Assembly (NCBI RefSeq): GCF_001194135.2
Contig: NC_068982.1
Span: forward strand, 1,130,659 to 1,194,658
Length of the DNA stretch: 64,000 nt
Source of the DNA: Octopus bimaculoides
Lineage: Eukaryota
Direction of reading: 5' to 3'
A model generated the notes under the pieces. The model was not told the DNA's origin. It ran no database searches and was given only the letters and a program-made list of their open reading frames with translations. This document shows, piece by piece, positions 1 through 13,395 of this stretch. Within the stretch, counting starts at the first letter, position 1. Each line of letters starts with the position of its first letter. The translations under genes and the position numbers were made by a program.

Positions 1-189
1 CTGAAATTGGGCGATTTCCAGCATGCGTGTCTATGGGTGGAAACGAGCTGCTTGGCGGAGGTCTGAAATTGGGCGATTTCCAGCATGCGTGTCTATGGGT
101 GGAAACGAGCTGCTTGGCGGAGGTCTGAAATTGGGCGATTTCCAGCATGCGAGTCTATGGGTGGAAACGAGCTGCTTGCCAGAGGAGGT
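1..189. repeat. 62-bp GC-rich tandem repeat, 3 units visible; the array may extend left of the window
   Basis: Units start at 1, 63 and 125 (ctgaaattgggcgatttccagcatgcg...). Units 1 and 2 are identical; unit 3 has a substitution and a diverged end. Confidence 0.95.
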
Positions 190-1014
190 CTGCGCTCTCC
201 GAGTGCTTTTCTAGTTTGTTATTGATTTCTTTGCATTCAATTTAGTTTTTCGTTTTTCATTATGATTTGTTTTTATTTTAAACAACGATCCAGCTTCACA
301 CTAAAACAATCTTCCACATGGTTTTGGTGACATAGTTGAAAGTTCACAATGCTGGTTTTCTGTCCAACATCTTTTACCGATGTGTTATCACCATTTTCAT
401 TTCAACGTTTGCAATTTCCGATAGAATATACACAGTGAAGGAGTCGCAGAGGATAATTTTTTTTTAAAATTGATTATATTTCGGCTTGGAATATTTGCTT
501 ATAAGACAAGCATAGAAGCTTCTGGCATTGTTGCGGTCTCCATCAAACTCATAAACAATTTGTGTCATTAAGTGTTTCTTGACTAATCAGCAAATATATT
601 TTAGATAATTAGTGGTATAAGAACGTTTTACTGCAAAGAGGACTTCAACAAAAATGTCCTTTAGTCATTATATTTTATGTCATTTAGCTTTCTTAATAAA
701 GCTTTCGATAATAAATGTCATGTTTAACCTAAAAATTTGTGTGTTTACGTTTAATTTCAAAATTTCTGTTAACTTACCTGAATTCTGGAAAATATTTTAT
801 ATATCCCGATATTTTTAAACATATCTATCATTATATTTACGAATACAAATTAACCTGTAGTATTCACATAGCTTACGAAAAGACCGTCTCACTACTTCGG
901 CTCAGTTTTATCCACCCATTCTCAAAATCATATTCATTTCGTCATGACAAGCATTTATTCCATAGAACATCAAAAAAGGATTGGTTGGGGACAAACATAG
1001 TAGATATTTGTCCT

Positions 1015-1190
1015 GAGTACTTTCGGGAAAGGGGCTAAGTCGATTACATCGACCCCCCAGTGTCCAACTGGTACTTGGTTTATCAACCCTGAAAGGATAA
1101 AAGGCAAAGTCGACTCCCAGCAACATTTGAACCCAGAACATAAAGACGGATGAAATGGCTCGGCCTGCTAACGATTCTGCCAACTCACCG
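1015..1190 (-). mobile_element. SINE family 1 copy
   Basis: Reverse complement of the 32196 copy (gaaaggataaaaggcaaagtcgac...ctaacgattctgcc). Confidence 0.8.
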
Positions 1191-2336
1191 ACTTGATTTC
1201 GTATTTAGTATCAATAAGAAAACATTATCGAAATCCTACATGCTAAGGTTTTAAAGTTACATGTATTATAGTATCTACAAAAAATTATTCCCCTGTCTTT
1301 CTCTCTTTCTTCCCCCTCCCCCTCTCTCTTCCTCTGTCTGTTCCTCCTTTTTTTTATTGCTATCCTCTCAAAATCAATATTCATCGTAAATCACAAGTTT
1401 GAATCGAAATCTAGAAGTAAATTTCACAAAATATATTCAGTCTGAAAGTATTTTGCTGTTTCTACTTGTTTTATCGTTTTTGTTTCTGGTTCGCTATGCA
1501 TTTGTGCATTATGTTATGCATATCAGAGATCATTGACTGTAGCTAAGTTGCGCTTAACTGTAGGTATTATTAAGCTAATTCACAGAGACAGGTACATTCT
1601 AGTTTTTGTAGAAGAGACAAAGTTTGAGGTAAAAGTTTGAAGCAATGCACCTTAGCGCTAGTGGATGTGGTGTGTTAATGAATCAAGTTGACATTAATTA
1701 ATGTTGGTAAAGACTGCTTTTCGTTTTCGAGTTCAAATCGCGTCGGTATAAATTTAGTCATATTTTCTTTGAGGCTCAGTAACTGTCACCCCTATTGTTA
1801 AGTACAATTTAGAACAAAAGAAATATGAACCTGTTGCTTATTCTTTTAGTCATTTCTGAGAGCTATACACTTCTTCTCTTGAATGACACTATGTTTGCAC
1901 ACCTTCTGCTTTTCCTCGCTTCCTGTTTATCTGTCGTTCCGTATTCTTAGAGTAAAAACTAATAGAACACGAAAACCAGACATTGTATCTATTTTCAGGC
2001 AATGAAAAACAAAACAAAAAAAAAACTGCGTGCGCACAAAGATGCACATACACAGAGGAAAAGAGTCTTGTAATGAAACATCTTCCACTTAAGTGTAAAT
2101 GAGTAGCTTGGATAGAGCTTATTTGATCGCTATAAGATGAAAGAAACATTGACAAATTCTTAATAGTTTGCAATGCTATAGGTCGCAGCAAAGAATACGG
2201 ATTCCTCAAGGAATGTTAATATACAATACATGTAATTTACATGGCCACAATTATTTCTGTTTGAAAATATGTGAGAAAATATGGTTCACAAATATGTTTC
2301 TATGTGCATGTATGTGTGTGCATGCATCCGTGTGAA

Positions 2337-2339
<3 letters not shown>

Positions 2340-2412
<73 letters not shown>
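2340..2412. repeat. (TA)n microsatellite, one example of dozens of (TA)n, (CA/TG)n, (GA)n, (ATCT)n and trinucleotide arrays in the window
   Basis: Directly visible. Other examples: 2956-2999, 4697-4762, 7343-7417, 31630-31697, 35690-35750, 41891-42002, 42507-42568, 48890-48952. Confidence 0.98.
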
Positions 2413-2415
<3 letters not shown>

Positions 2416-2953
2416 TACATACATATGTGTGCGCGCGCGCATATATATACATATATTATTATACATGTGCGTGTGAGTGTGTGCTTATAAATTTTCTGCT
2501 TGTGCGTATTTTATGCTTTCATTTTATGCTTTCAAAAAAAGTTGTAATCGATCTTCGTAACAGAACATAATGAATTATTCATAAATGTAAAATTTCTTAC
2601 AATCAGATAAGATTTTATTTAGATGCATACATATTTGAATCTCTTTGATCTGTAAGTATTTTCAATAACTTTTGATAGATAGAGAACCTTAAGGAGGGTT
2701 TCATGTACTTTTTCGTTGTGGTTACAATTTTATGTGTCAACGCCGGAAATGAAATGCTTCTCAAATGGGTCTTTTGGTATGGCATATGAAAATTACTATC
2801 AAACTTATTTTCTCCTGGAGATCGTAGGAAAATTTCAATATAGTAAAATTGTTAAATTTCACTCCCATTTGAAACTCCTCAAAACCCTGGGACTCTGGAT
2901 CCAGGGACTCTCTACTGAATGCAGTTTAAAGTCATACACAGGACAAATGCGTC

Positions 2954-2999
<46 letters not shown>

Positions 3000-3499
3000 N
3001 NNNNNNNNNNNNNNNNNNNNNNNNNNNNNNNNNNNNNNNNNNNNNNNNNNNNNNNNNNNNNNNNNNNNNNNNNNNNNNNNNNNNNNNNNNNNNNNNNNNN
3101 NNNNNNNNNNNNNNNNNNNNNNNNNNNNNNNNNNNNNNNNNNNNNNNNNNNNNNNNNNNNNNNNNNNNNNNNNNNNNNNNNNNNNNNNNNNNNNNNNNNN
3201 NNNNNNNNNNNNNNNNNNNNNNNNNNNNNNNNNNNNNNNNNNNNNNNNNNNNNNNNNNNNNNNNNNNNNNNNNNNNNNNNNNNNNNNNNNNNNNNNNNNN
3301 NNNNNNNNNNNNNNNNNNNNNNNNNNNNNNNNNNNNNNNNNNNNNNNNNNNNNNNNNNNNNNNNNNNNNNNNNNNNNNNNNNNNNNNNNNNNNNNNNNNN
3401 NNNNNNNNNNNNNNNNNNNNNNNNNNNNTGAAGTCATAAAAGTTTTGCTCTTGCCCCGTATCAAATAATTTCGGCTCATTTGAAGGGAAGTTATACGAA

Positions 3500-4560
3500 A
3501 TTTCTCCTATTTGGTTATATAATCATTACATATATTTCTTCACCTATACTCACTAAAGTGATATTTTTCTCTCGATATCCAACAGAGTTATTCAATTAAA
3601 AAATTGATATATCTTAGAAAAGTGATGCCAGTTGGGTTAATAAATCATTAAGAAATCTCTTTAGACGTTTCTAAGGAAGCTTTACACTCAAACAATACCA
3701 GTGACATTGTTGGGATATTCATGCCTCAAAAGTAGAAATCTTAATTCCAGGGCGTAACTGACGGATAAAGTGAAATTATGGATTACTTATTTCAGAAAAC
3801 CTTAGCCTGGAAACAACTGATATTTTCAGAACAATTTATATAATTGTTATCATATATTGGCTTCTACATCACATTTTAATCAAACCTTACCAAATCCAAT
3901 TTCTTAAAATTATTCATTGATATTACTAATTCTTTATTGCGTAATCATAGAGCAAATGAAATCCTATAAATATTCTACCCAAACAAGAAAAAATATATCA
4001 ACCTCAAACGCAGCTCCCAGCAGACAATCATTTGTGCCAAAATAACTTTCTATATTATAGTAAAGCTTTTGCTGGTAATACTTTCAAAGAGAGAACCTTT
4101 CCCACACTGTCACTAATACTATTCAAAGATAAAGAAAACGAGACTGGAATGATAACTTGATCTACTCCTCTATTTAAGAGAACACTCAATTTCTTTTCCC
4201 CTCTTATAAATGATTTCTTGGAACAGAAATACTGTCAGAGTTTTAATAGAAATGCTATTAGAATATATTATACTCTACTACTGTCAACGTTGACAAAGCT
4301 TAGCCTCATCTGACATACATAAATCTTGCAGATTTTATAGATCTACCACTCACCAACACACTACTAGCCTGACTGTAATAATTCTAGCAAATACCCTCTC
4401 ACACCCAAATGTTTTACTGAAGACATTGTTTATCAATGCACAATCACATTTTATAACACACGGAAAATCTATAAAACCATGACGTTATATTTTGTGTACC
4501 TTACTGTCACGTCAATTAGCAATTCGACAGCTACAAATCGATAGAAGAAATATCAAACTG
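3500..4560 (+). mobile_element. Highly degraded Penelope-like element (RT-to-GIY-YIG linker and endonuclease)
   Basis: Peptides FNRNAIRIYY (cf. FNRNxIKISYS) and PLTPKCFTEDIVYQCTIT (cf. CPLxGxCLxxxIVYQxTI), with many stops. Confidence 0.5.
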
Positions 4561-4691
4561 AAATATCCATTAGAATTGATATGATCGACTAAATCTTTTA
4601 AGGTGGTGCTAATGTTCAATGTCTAAAACTAATAAAGAAGTAAAAATAAATATATACATAAAATAATATATACACACATATAGACATAGAA

Positions 4692-4762
<71 letters not shown>

Positions 4763-5119
4763 NNNNNNNNNNNNNNNNNNNNNNNNNNNNNNNNNNNNNN
4801 NNNNNNNNNNNNNNNNNNNNNNNNNNNNNNNNNNNNNNNNNNNNNNNNNNNNNNNNNNNNNNNNNNNNNNNNNNNNNNNNNNNNNNNNNNNNNNNNNNNN
4901 NNNNNNNNNNNNNNNNNNNNNNNNNNNNNNNNNNNNNNNNNNNNNNNNNNNNNNNNNNNNNNNNNNNNNNNNNNNNNNNNNNNNNNNNNNNNNNNNNNNN
5001 NNNNNNNNNNNNNNNNNNNNNNNNNNNNNNNNNNNNNNNNNNNNNNNNNNNNNNNNNNNNNNNNNNNNNNNNNNNNNNNNATGTGTGTGTGCACGCGCAC
5101 CCTTGTATCTGTATTTGAC

Positions 5120-5230
5120 CCGGGCCACCGCTTGACAACCAGTGTTGATGTGTTTACTTCCCCGTAATGTAGCGGTTCGGCAAATCTCAACGATAGAATA
5201 AGTATCAGGCTTAAAAGTAATACTTACAGC
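5120..5230 (+). mobile_element. SINE family 2, 3' half
   Basis: ccgcttgacaaccagtgttgatgtgtttac...gatagaataagtatcaggc. Confidence 0.78.
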
Positions 5231-6490
5231 TAATTTCCACACCCCTGCACAGTTTCTCTTCTCTGTCCTTGGGATATTATATCACTACTTCTTTTTATTA
5301 TGGGTGGCTATGGCTTCTACCATATTGTGGGTTCTTATTTCTTTGTCCTCGGGATTATCCTTCATTATAGAGCGTCCTAGCTACAACGTCATGTCTCATC
5401 GGTAGATATTACCGTGATGACAGTTTCAGACAACAGCTTATGATGTGGGTGATATCTTCAGTGTGAACTCCACAAAATCTGAATCGGTTGTCACATTTTA
5501 CGGCTTTACCTGCATCTCTATCCCTTTTGTGCATAAGGTACTTGGTTGATATTTCCTGTTTCTGGATTGCAAACGCGTACCCTTTAAAATGGGAGGTAGT
5601 AATCTGATTATTGGTCCATGATAAACTGCTTTAATGATAAATGTTACTATCATCAGGGTGTTTTCTACTAATATATCGATGCATAGTCTTCTGCTCATAT
5701 AGGCTCATCATTTCATCTTATGATATGTTGCGGTAGAGTCGTGCGACTTCTTTGGGCATGTATTCTAGGTTATCAGACAAAGAGTATCGCTCAAGGAGCT
5801 GCCTTCCAAGTCTTATGATGTTATCAGCCTCATGTATACAAACTTGGTCAAGGGATGCACTTCGACACTTGGTGGTTAAAAGATGTTGCCAAGAGGATAT
5901 GATGCGACATTCAAAGGCATTTTGGATCGATGTTAAGCCTCTTCCACCTTGTTTTCGTTTTAGGTAGAGGCGGTCTACATCCCTGTTTATGTGGAAATTA
6001 TGTGTGCTTGTTAGTATATTTTGGGTTTTCACATCAATAGCTCAGATCTCATCAAGCGTCCAATCAAGCAGCCCAAATGTTGTTATGAGTACTGGCACTG
6101 CAAACACATTGTGGGCCACTGTTTTATTGAATGCAGAGATTTCTGAGGTCCAAATTTTCTTTATTCGGCTGTAACATTCTTTATTGTCACGTGTTTTGCT
6201 ACAGGTGCCTTTGTAAGATATAGTTTCATCCACCCCGAGATACCTGTAACATTCCTCGTCAGATATCGAGGAAACAGTCAAATCATTGATCGAGATGTTA
6301 CTAGTCTGGTTTATAGTTTCTCCCCTTTTCACAACCATATAACAACATTTATCCTGACCAAACTTCAATCCTACATTCCTTCAGAATGTTGTAACTAGGT
6401 CAAGGTTCTTTTTCATCTCATGCATATTCTTTGCATAAAGTTGTAAGTCATCCACAAAGAAACAGTGTGTAATTTTAGTATTTCTGTTTC
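5230..6490 (-). mobile_element. R4/Dong-type (restriction-like endonuclease) non-LTR retrotransposon fragment
   Basis: Minus-strand peptides: FFVDDLQLYAK (RT), KFGQDKC, YRYLGV, DRLYLKRKQGGRGLTSI, then a zinc-knuckle region and MRHDVVARTLYNE. Confidence 0.85.
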
Positions 6491-6539
6491 CTTGTGAACC
6501 AGTCAGATATCCTTCAGACTTCGTTAACATATATACAGG

Positions 6540-6690
6540 ACGGGCTTCTTACACTCACAATTGGCTTCGGTTGGTCCAGGAGCCAAGTGGAAAAGAAAAC
6601 GTTTGCCAAGATGCCGCGCAGTGGGACTGAACCTAACTGCACATGGTTGCGAGGTAGGCTTCTTTGCCGACACTGCAACACCTGTGTTTA
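6540..6690 (-). mobile_element. SINE family 2, 5' half
   Basis: gccaagatgccgcgcagtgggactgaacc. Confidence 0.75.
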
Positions 6691-7809
6691 TCTGAATTGC
6701 ACTGATTACACAATTTTATGTAAAATTTGTGCCGTTTATTAAAAACACATAATTCCGAGCTCCTTGAGAAGAGAATACTGTAAAAATTTTACTCGTATAT
6801 TATTCATATTGATGCCACACCCATTACATATACACTCACACACATACACATCGTGTGCGCACACATATACAAACCCGTCCAACGTACCCCCCCTCACCAC
6901 CACACATATACACGTTTTTGTTTGGCTGTGTGTGTGCGCGCGCTGGCTGTTGTGATCCGTTCATTTAAAGCCTTTTGCGAAACTGAGACATGATTTTCTT
7001 TGTATGTTACATGTGATTTACTGAAAGTGATATTCGAATTCTCTCATAATAAATAACACGACGTCTATTGTTATTCGTATTGTAATTTATGCTGTAACAC
7101 TCATGAAATTCCAAGCTCCTAATCTTCAATGGATTCATCTACGCGTCTTATTACAAAACCATTTATAATTAGTTAAAATTCATTGAATGTGCAGCCGTTT
7201 ACTTCATCGTTTCTGTTATCATTTCTTGCTTTCATCCTTTCTCATTTTTATTTATCTTTTACTCATTCTTCTACTTCATTTTTTTCCCCTATTCTTTCTC
7301 TGCATGTACCTCATCTTCATCCTCATCATCGCCACCATGAGTTGGTTGTTGTTGTTGTTGTTGTTGTTGTTGTTCTTCTTCTTCTTCTTCTTCTTCTTCT
7401 TCTTCTTCTTCTTCTTGTGTCTGATTATCAATTAACTGGTATGTTTTATGGTGGTCATTTTATACCTATGTATATTTGCATACACACACACATACCTGCG
7501 TGCGCACGTTTATATAAGCGCATGTGTGTGTGTGCGTGCGCGCGCGCATCAACTTGCTTCCATATGATATTGACATAGAGTCAGCAGTGAAGATTTTCCT
7601 TACAACTTCTCTATAAAGAAAGCGATATGACAATGAAAATAAAAGAACAGTTCTCTTCCGCCAGTTAACAGCTAAATGAGATTCATTGGTAATTCTAGAA
7701 TTAAGGTTTTCCTTCCAATGCATTTCAGTTTCGTAAAGTTGTTTCTTACCACATCTCACTTGATATTAAGATGGAGAGAAAGAAAATGTTTATATTATTT
7801 CCTTTTTAT

Positions 7810-7990
7810 GCGCGGGGCGCGGGTGTGTGGCTGGGAAGTTGGTTTCGCATCCCCATGGTTCCGGTTCAATTCCACTGCGTGGCACCTTAGACAAAAGTCT
7901 TCTACCATAGCCCCCGAACCGACAAAACCTTTATGAGTAGAATTAATAGACGGAAACTGACAGAAACCCGTAGTGTGTGTGTGTATAAAT
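7810..7990 (+). mobile_element. SINE family 2, 5' half
   Basis: ccggttcaattccactgcgtggcacctt...gacggaaactg, running into (TG/TA)n. Confidence 0.8.
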
Positions 7991-8399
7991 ATACATGTGT
8001 GTGTGTGTATACATATATGTATGTATATACATATATGTATGTATTTATAATTCTTAAAAGGACAGCAAACGTTAAGGCAAGACAAACATTTCAAGTCATA
8101 TGCGTTATTATTATTGGAAAAATGCAAAATCTTACAGGTGTTTCTGGGATATCCCAGAGTGTTGGATATTTCGTCATCGAAGAGAAATAGGGAAGATGAG
8201 AAGGCTATAGATTAATGAAATGATGACATAGAGGGCAGGAGAAAAGAAATAAGGAGATGAAGAAAGAGAAGAAAAAAGAAGCATAAAAGTTCACAGTTCA
8301 AATTTCGGATCGTGTACAAGTCAGTAAATCCTTAGGGGTAATTCTGTGTAAATGCATGTAAGTTAAAGTCCCATTAGTGTAAATATCCAAGAATAGACG

Positions 8400-8885
8400 C
8401 GATCATACCAACGTTGCTTGTCAGTTGCTTGGCCTTAACCAGTTGAGCATTTCCCTTAATGGCTGACGATATGTGCATCTCTGGTCACGAGCAGAAGTAG
8501 TGGGGGACCATCATAGCCGTGTGTTGAAATTCTTTGGGGTTTAAATAATTCACCTTTGGAAACATGGATGTTTTTTCCAACATCCTTAAACAATCCTTAT
8601 TCGGGGGCCTTTTGAGCGGGATGGGCTATTCCGCCTGAAGAAAATTCTAACTGGGCCCCACCTGCAAGGTCATGCGCTGTTTATCTTGATGAGATCACCA
8701 TGTTGCGCACATATGGTTGTGATGCACGTGCCTGGTGTCCCCTTATCAGACGGGTAGTCATGATGAGTATACTGGGCTTCGTATATTTGTACCCCAGGGT
8801 CACTTTGATGGCATGCACTGCTCTCTCACTCAATGATGATGACGATGATGATGATGATGATGATGATATGATGATATGATGATGA
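8400..8885 (+). repeat. Interspersed GC-richer repeat ending in a (TGA)n tail (retroposon 3' end, family unassigned)
   Basis: Abrupt compositional block terminating in ctctctcactcaa-tgatgatga.... Confidence 0.5.
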
Positions 8886-10429
8886 TTTCAAATTTTGACA
8901 CAAAGCCAGCAATTTCAGACTAATACATTCTGAAAGTTTTGTAGAGTAATTAATTTTCGAGCATTTCTAATTATTAATTTAATTTCATGCATTTGTAAAA
9001 AAAAAAAATAACTTCGTTGGATCAATGATATGTTTTTCAAGAATTCAGTCATTGATTGATTTCAGTGCACTGTATGAATAGCAAAATCAATTTTATTCGA
9101 TGCACCAACATGTCGGAGATTATTCTTGTCTGTATATCTTTCGCAAATATACCCAGACACACGCACAAACATATAAACAAATGGATATATGTATAGGAAG
9201 TAAGCCTGATGTTTTGTAGTTATGATATCAACTCTGATCATGTTTCGGTTTCGTTCTACCTCATCAGTATAGATGCCACATAGCTACTAACATCTGAGAA
9301 TGATTAATCAATGATCACAATTAATTTGGTCCGGCGTTTCTTCATTTACATCTATGACATTTCAGGAGTTGTCTTCCTTGTCCTGAAAATAAATGTCATT
9401 AAACGTAATGACTTTTCCCCTCACTATAATTTTAACTCACAAAAATGTTTATCACATCGATTATGTTGACCTTCACTTAAAAATAAACGTTATTTATACA
9501 CGAGGCATCTGTAGGAAGTTTTCGTACCCACACACACACAACCACACAAACGCATGCATATATAAGTACACATGCATACACACTCGCACACCCACACACA
9601 TGCGCTCCATTGATTCACTCTATTGATCCATATATATATATCTTCAAATTGCACGATAAACAGCGCAACTGTCAGCTTCAGATCCGAATTTCCTCAACAA
9701 TTTTATTAGCATCGTCTGAGAATATTTAGCAAAACAACAACAGTTAAGTTTATTTACATGTCATTAAGTGATTGCATGCGCGCAGGAAATCTGAATTTGG
9801 AAAGATATACATCATATATATTGAGAATATATCCATATATATTAAATAAACCTGAAAGCTGTTCTCTTGGCCTAGGGTCAGAAAGTTTTCTATCCTGTCA
9901 CTTGTGATCATCTTGTTGAGATACATAACTCAACCGTACTTAGGCACACAATATTAGGGAGACAATCGCAAACAAATACACACTCTTGCACACGTTTTCA
10001 CACATAAATACATACTTTCTCTTTTTTTCTCTCTCTCTCTCTTTCTCTCATCTATTTGCAACATCTAATGGAAGAATACAGCGGGAGCGCGAGTATAATA
10101 ATGAAAGATGAGAATCTTCGCAAAAAATATTGGAAAATTCCGGGAGAATTCGAGGAAAATTTACGGAAATATTCTTGAAGTCATTCAAGAAATATTTTTG
10201 GTCCAAAGTATGCCGGAATAATATCTATTCTTGGACAAAATAAGGCTTATGGTGGTTGTGCCCAACTTTGAGTATCGATTTTTCTCTCGTGTATGCAGAG
10301 TTGATATCTCTTCAAAGCATTTGTGTAGAATTGGTAGTTTTCGATTCTCTTTCAGCTGATGACAAATATTATTCCTTTTTATCTAATTCTGAAATGTAAC
10401 AAAATTTATGATTTCTATTTCTGAATAAG

Positions 10430-11130
10430 GCTGCACGGTTTCTTCAACTTTAACTTTTACTGGTTTCAGCCGGGGGCTGAGGCCATGCTGCAGCGCCCCG
10501 CCCCACTTCACTGTATTTGGGTTTCTTTTCTCTTTTGTTCTTGGTGAAATAGTGAGTTGGAGGGAGCTGCCCCTCTTTGTGCCTTCAACCATGATATGAG
10601 TTCATATGAAATCTCAGATAAAAATTTGTCGAGACTCTCTTTGAAGACCTACATTTCTAAGGTTGTTTGGCGGAATGCTGGACAGTTGTGGCCCACTGAA
10701 CCCCAAGCTGTTAAAATACTGGGTCCCTCTTTTATAGATGGAGAAAACAGGGTCTTTGGTTTCTGCAGTGTCGTCCAGTTCGGTAGTTGTTATAGCTTTC
10801 AGTTCAAAAGCTGGGACCTAGATCTTTAAGGATCTTCTATACGTATATCACTGAATATCTTTCATGCCTTCTCTCTAGGGAGTAGAGCCCCTGTTCCTTT
10901 AGCATCTTCCGGTAGTTCATCAACTTCATCGACTCAGTCACCAAGTAGTTGATTCTTAGGCTAATTCGACGGAACGTTATCGGTTGGTGTTTAGGGTCGT
11001 GCTTGTCGAACTTTCTTCAACCTCATCAATGGTAGCCTCAGCGTTACATTCTCTGTTGAGCGGATTTGCTTTAGGATGTCTACGAGATTAGAATTATGCC
11101 ATATAATTTGCTTCCAGTCAGAGATGCATT
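10430..11130 (-). mobile_element. CR1-clade LINE 3' fragment, older copy of the same family
   Basis: Peptides GLYSLERRHERYSVIYV and LGFSGPQL; the 3' end reads CAGCATGGCCTCAG...GCTGAAACCAGTAAAAG. Confidence 0.75.
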
Positions 11131-11149
11131 TACTCACAGTTTTTAGAGG

Positions 11150-11330
11150 AGGCGTGGTTGTGTGGTAGGTAAGAAGCTTGCTTCTCAACCATATTGTTCT
11201 GGGTTCAGTTCTGCTGTGTGGCAAGTGACTTCTACTATAGCCTCAAGCCAACCAAAGCTATGTCAGTGGATTTAGCTGACGAAAACTGAAAAAGCCTTCC
11301 GTGCGTGTGCATACATATGTGTATGTTTGT
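11150..11330 (+). mobile_element. SINE family 2, 5' half
   Basis: ggcgtggttgtgtggtaggtaagaagcttgcttctcaacc...gggttcag. Confidence 0.82.
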
Positions 11331-11557
11331 ATATATATATATATATATATATATACAAATTAGATATATTAAATCTAACAGTTTGGGTATGAAATACAAA
11401 AATATGTGTATATGTGTGCATGCAAAATGAGAGAAAGCAAACAATGAAGACTTGCAGACAAAGAATTTTATGTATAAATATAGAGATATTTATATCAATA
11501 GATCCAACTTACACTGAGTACAACCGACAAAGAAAATTAAAGGGGGTGTTATAAACC

Positions 11558-11604
<47 letters not shown>

Positions 11605-12554
11605 NNNNNNNNNNCATACAGAGAGAGAGAGAGAGATATTTCAAAATAGAATTCAAAACAATCACTAAGAGATTGACGACTGACATACACACATTCTTCA
11701 ACTCTATCAACTTTTATTCAAAAGGCATTGTTCAAACTAATTCTAAGAATGAAGCTGAGCGTTAGAACCAAGAATCAAGTAGTTGGGAATTCGACCTCTT
11801 AACCATGCAGCATGCGCAGACTGCAACTCCTGCTAGTATTACGTATATCGCCCTACAACCCCAAGTAATACAGCCATGAACACAATAGCGTCACTCCCAC
11901 CATCACCGCTACTACAACAACTATATCAATATTTACTACTGCTGCCGCTGTTACCGCAGTTTTAGAGCGGTTGGTGTGGTCAAGACTACCAAATTCACTT
12001 TTCAACCTAAACTTCAACAACACAAACACTTTAATAATACAGTTCAATCTTCAATAATGCAGATTAAGCTTTCCTATCATTGTCTAACGGTCTGCAAAAC
12101 AAGAATAACAAGCAATGCAGACAGTTGGGGGGAAATATTCGATGTATTCAATATGGTGGTGTGTTTCTATAAATTGAATATTTCTCCGTTGGTATAATAT
12201 ATTCGAAATATGATTTGAATGAAAATACTTACATTTGCATATTTTTTGAAAGTAAATACTATTAGTATTCACAGTTAATTTTACGCACACTCTCTGTATT
12301 TTAGCCAATACACACAAAAACCGCACGCATATACACATATAAGTGTATAAGGTGGTCTGGTCCTATGCATGTGAGTGATTGATCCTCCGTCGTTAGCGAA
12401 TTTGAACATTGATGTGTTCAAACGACTGAACAATCTGTTGGGTTAATTAGCACTCAATACCTTTCTAAAATATAAGCTGTTCTCCATATCTAAATGATAA
12501 AGCCTTCTGTAATTAATATTTGGGGTATTATCCGTAAAATATAATTAAGTAGGT

Positions 12555-12890
12555 ACAGGCGTGAGCGTGTGATAAGTAGCTTGCTTCCCAACTACATGAG
12601 TTAGGGGTCAGTTCCATTGCGTGACATTTTGGGCAAGTGTCTTTTACTACAGCCTCAGGCCAACCAAAGCCTTGTGAATGGATCTTGTAGAGAAACTGGA
12701 AGAAACCTGCTACATATGTGTGTGTGCATGCGTTTGTGTCTGCATTTGTCTACCACCACCACTTAACAACCGATGTTCGTGTGTTTACGACCCCGTAACT
12801 CAGTGATTCGGCCAAAGAAACCGATGGAATAATTGCCAGGTTTAAAAAAAATCAAAACAAATATTCGGGTCGATTCAGTATAATAAAGAA
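12555..12890 (+). mobile_element. SINE family 2 copy
   Basis: ggcgtgagcgtgtgataagtagcttgcttccc...ggcaagtgtc...ccccgtaactcag. Confidence 0.85.
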
Positions 12891-13139
12891 AAAGATAGAA
12901 AACAAGCTCTGAATTGAAACATTTCGTAATTAAACACGTTATATTGCAAGAATAATTCAAAACTATCTGCTCCCCGCTAACAGTGCTTCAAAGACGACTG
13001 TGAGTGGATTGGTGAGTACCAGACAGAAGTTAAAGCTGCTGCTTCCGTTTCAACAGAAAACTAGCTTTTCTATTTAATTAAGTGGTCAAGCTACATAGTT
13101 TTAATTGATTTTCAGCGGAGTTAGGGATTGGTTGTCATG

Positions 13140-13395
13140 GTAGCATAAACATTTCCAAAGTGAATTGGATTCCCGGACTGAGCAACGCGTCGTGTTCTTG
13201 AGCAAAACACTTCATTTTCCGTCGCTCCAGTCCACTCGGCTATAAACGAGCAGTCCTGCCACAGACTGGTCTTCTGGTCAGGGTGGTGAGTGTTGACCTG
13301 TTCGCCTAACTAGCAGAATGGCATCATTCGAAAGCAAAAACTAAGAAAAAGCGTATTGAGACAGCATCCGATAGTCTGGTCGATCGCTTGATCAC
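13140..13395 (+). mobile_element. Probable third SINE family
   Basis: Degenerate B box followed by gtcgtgttcttgagcaaaacactt, a conserved SINE central-domain-like motif. Confidence 0.5.

Noticed and set aside
1-189. CRISPR-like array
   Set aside because: Head-to-tail identical units with no unique spacers, in eukaryotic DNA.
1560-1630. DRY tripeptide (HRDRYILVF)
   Set aside because: The context does not match TM3, there is no following Pro, and no splice signals were found.
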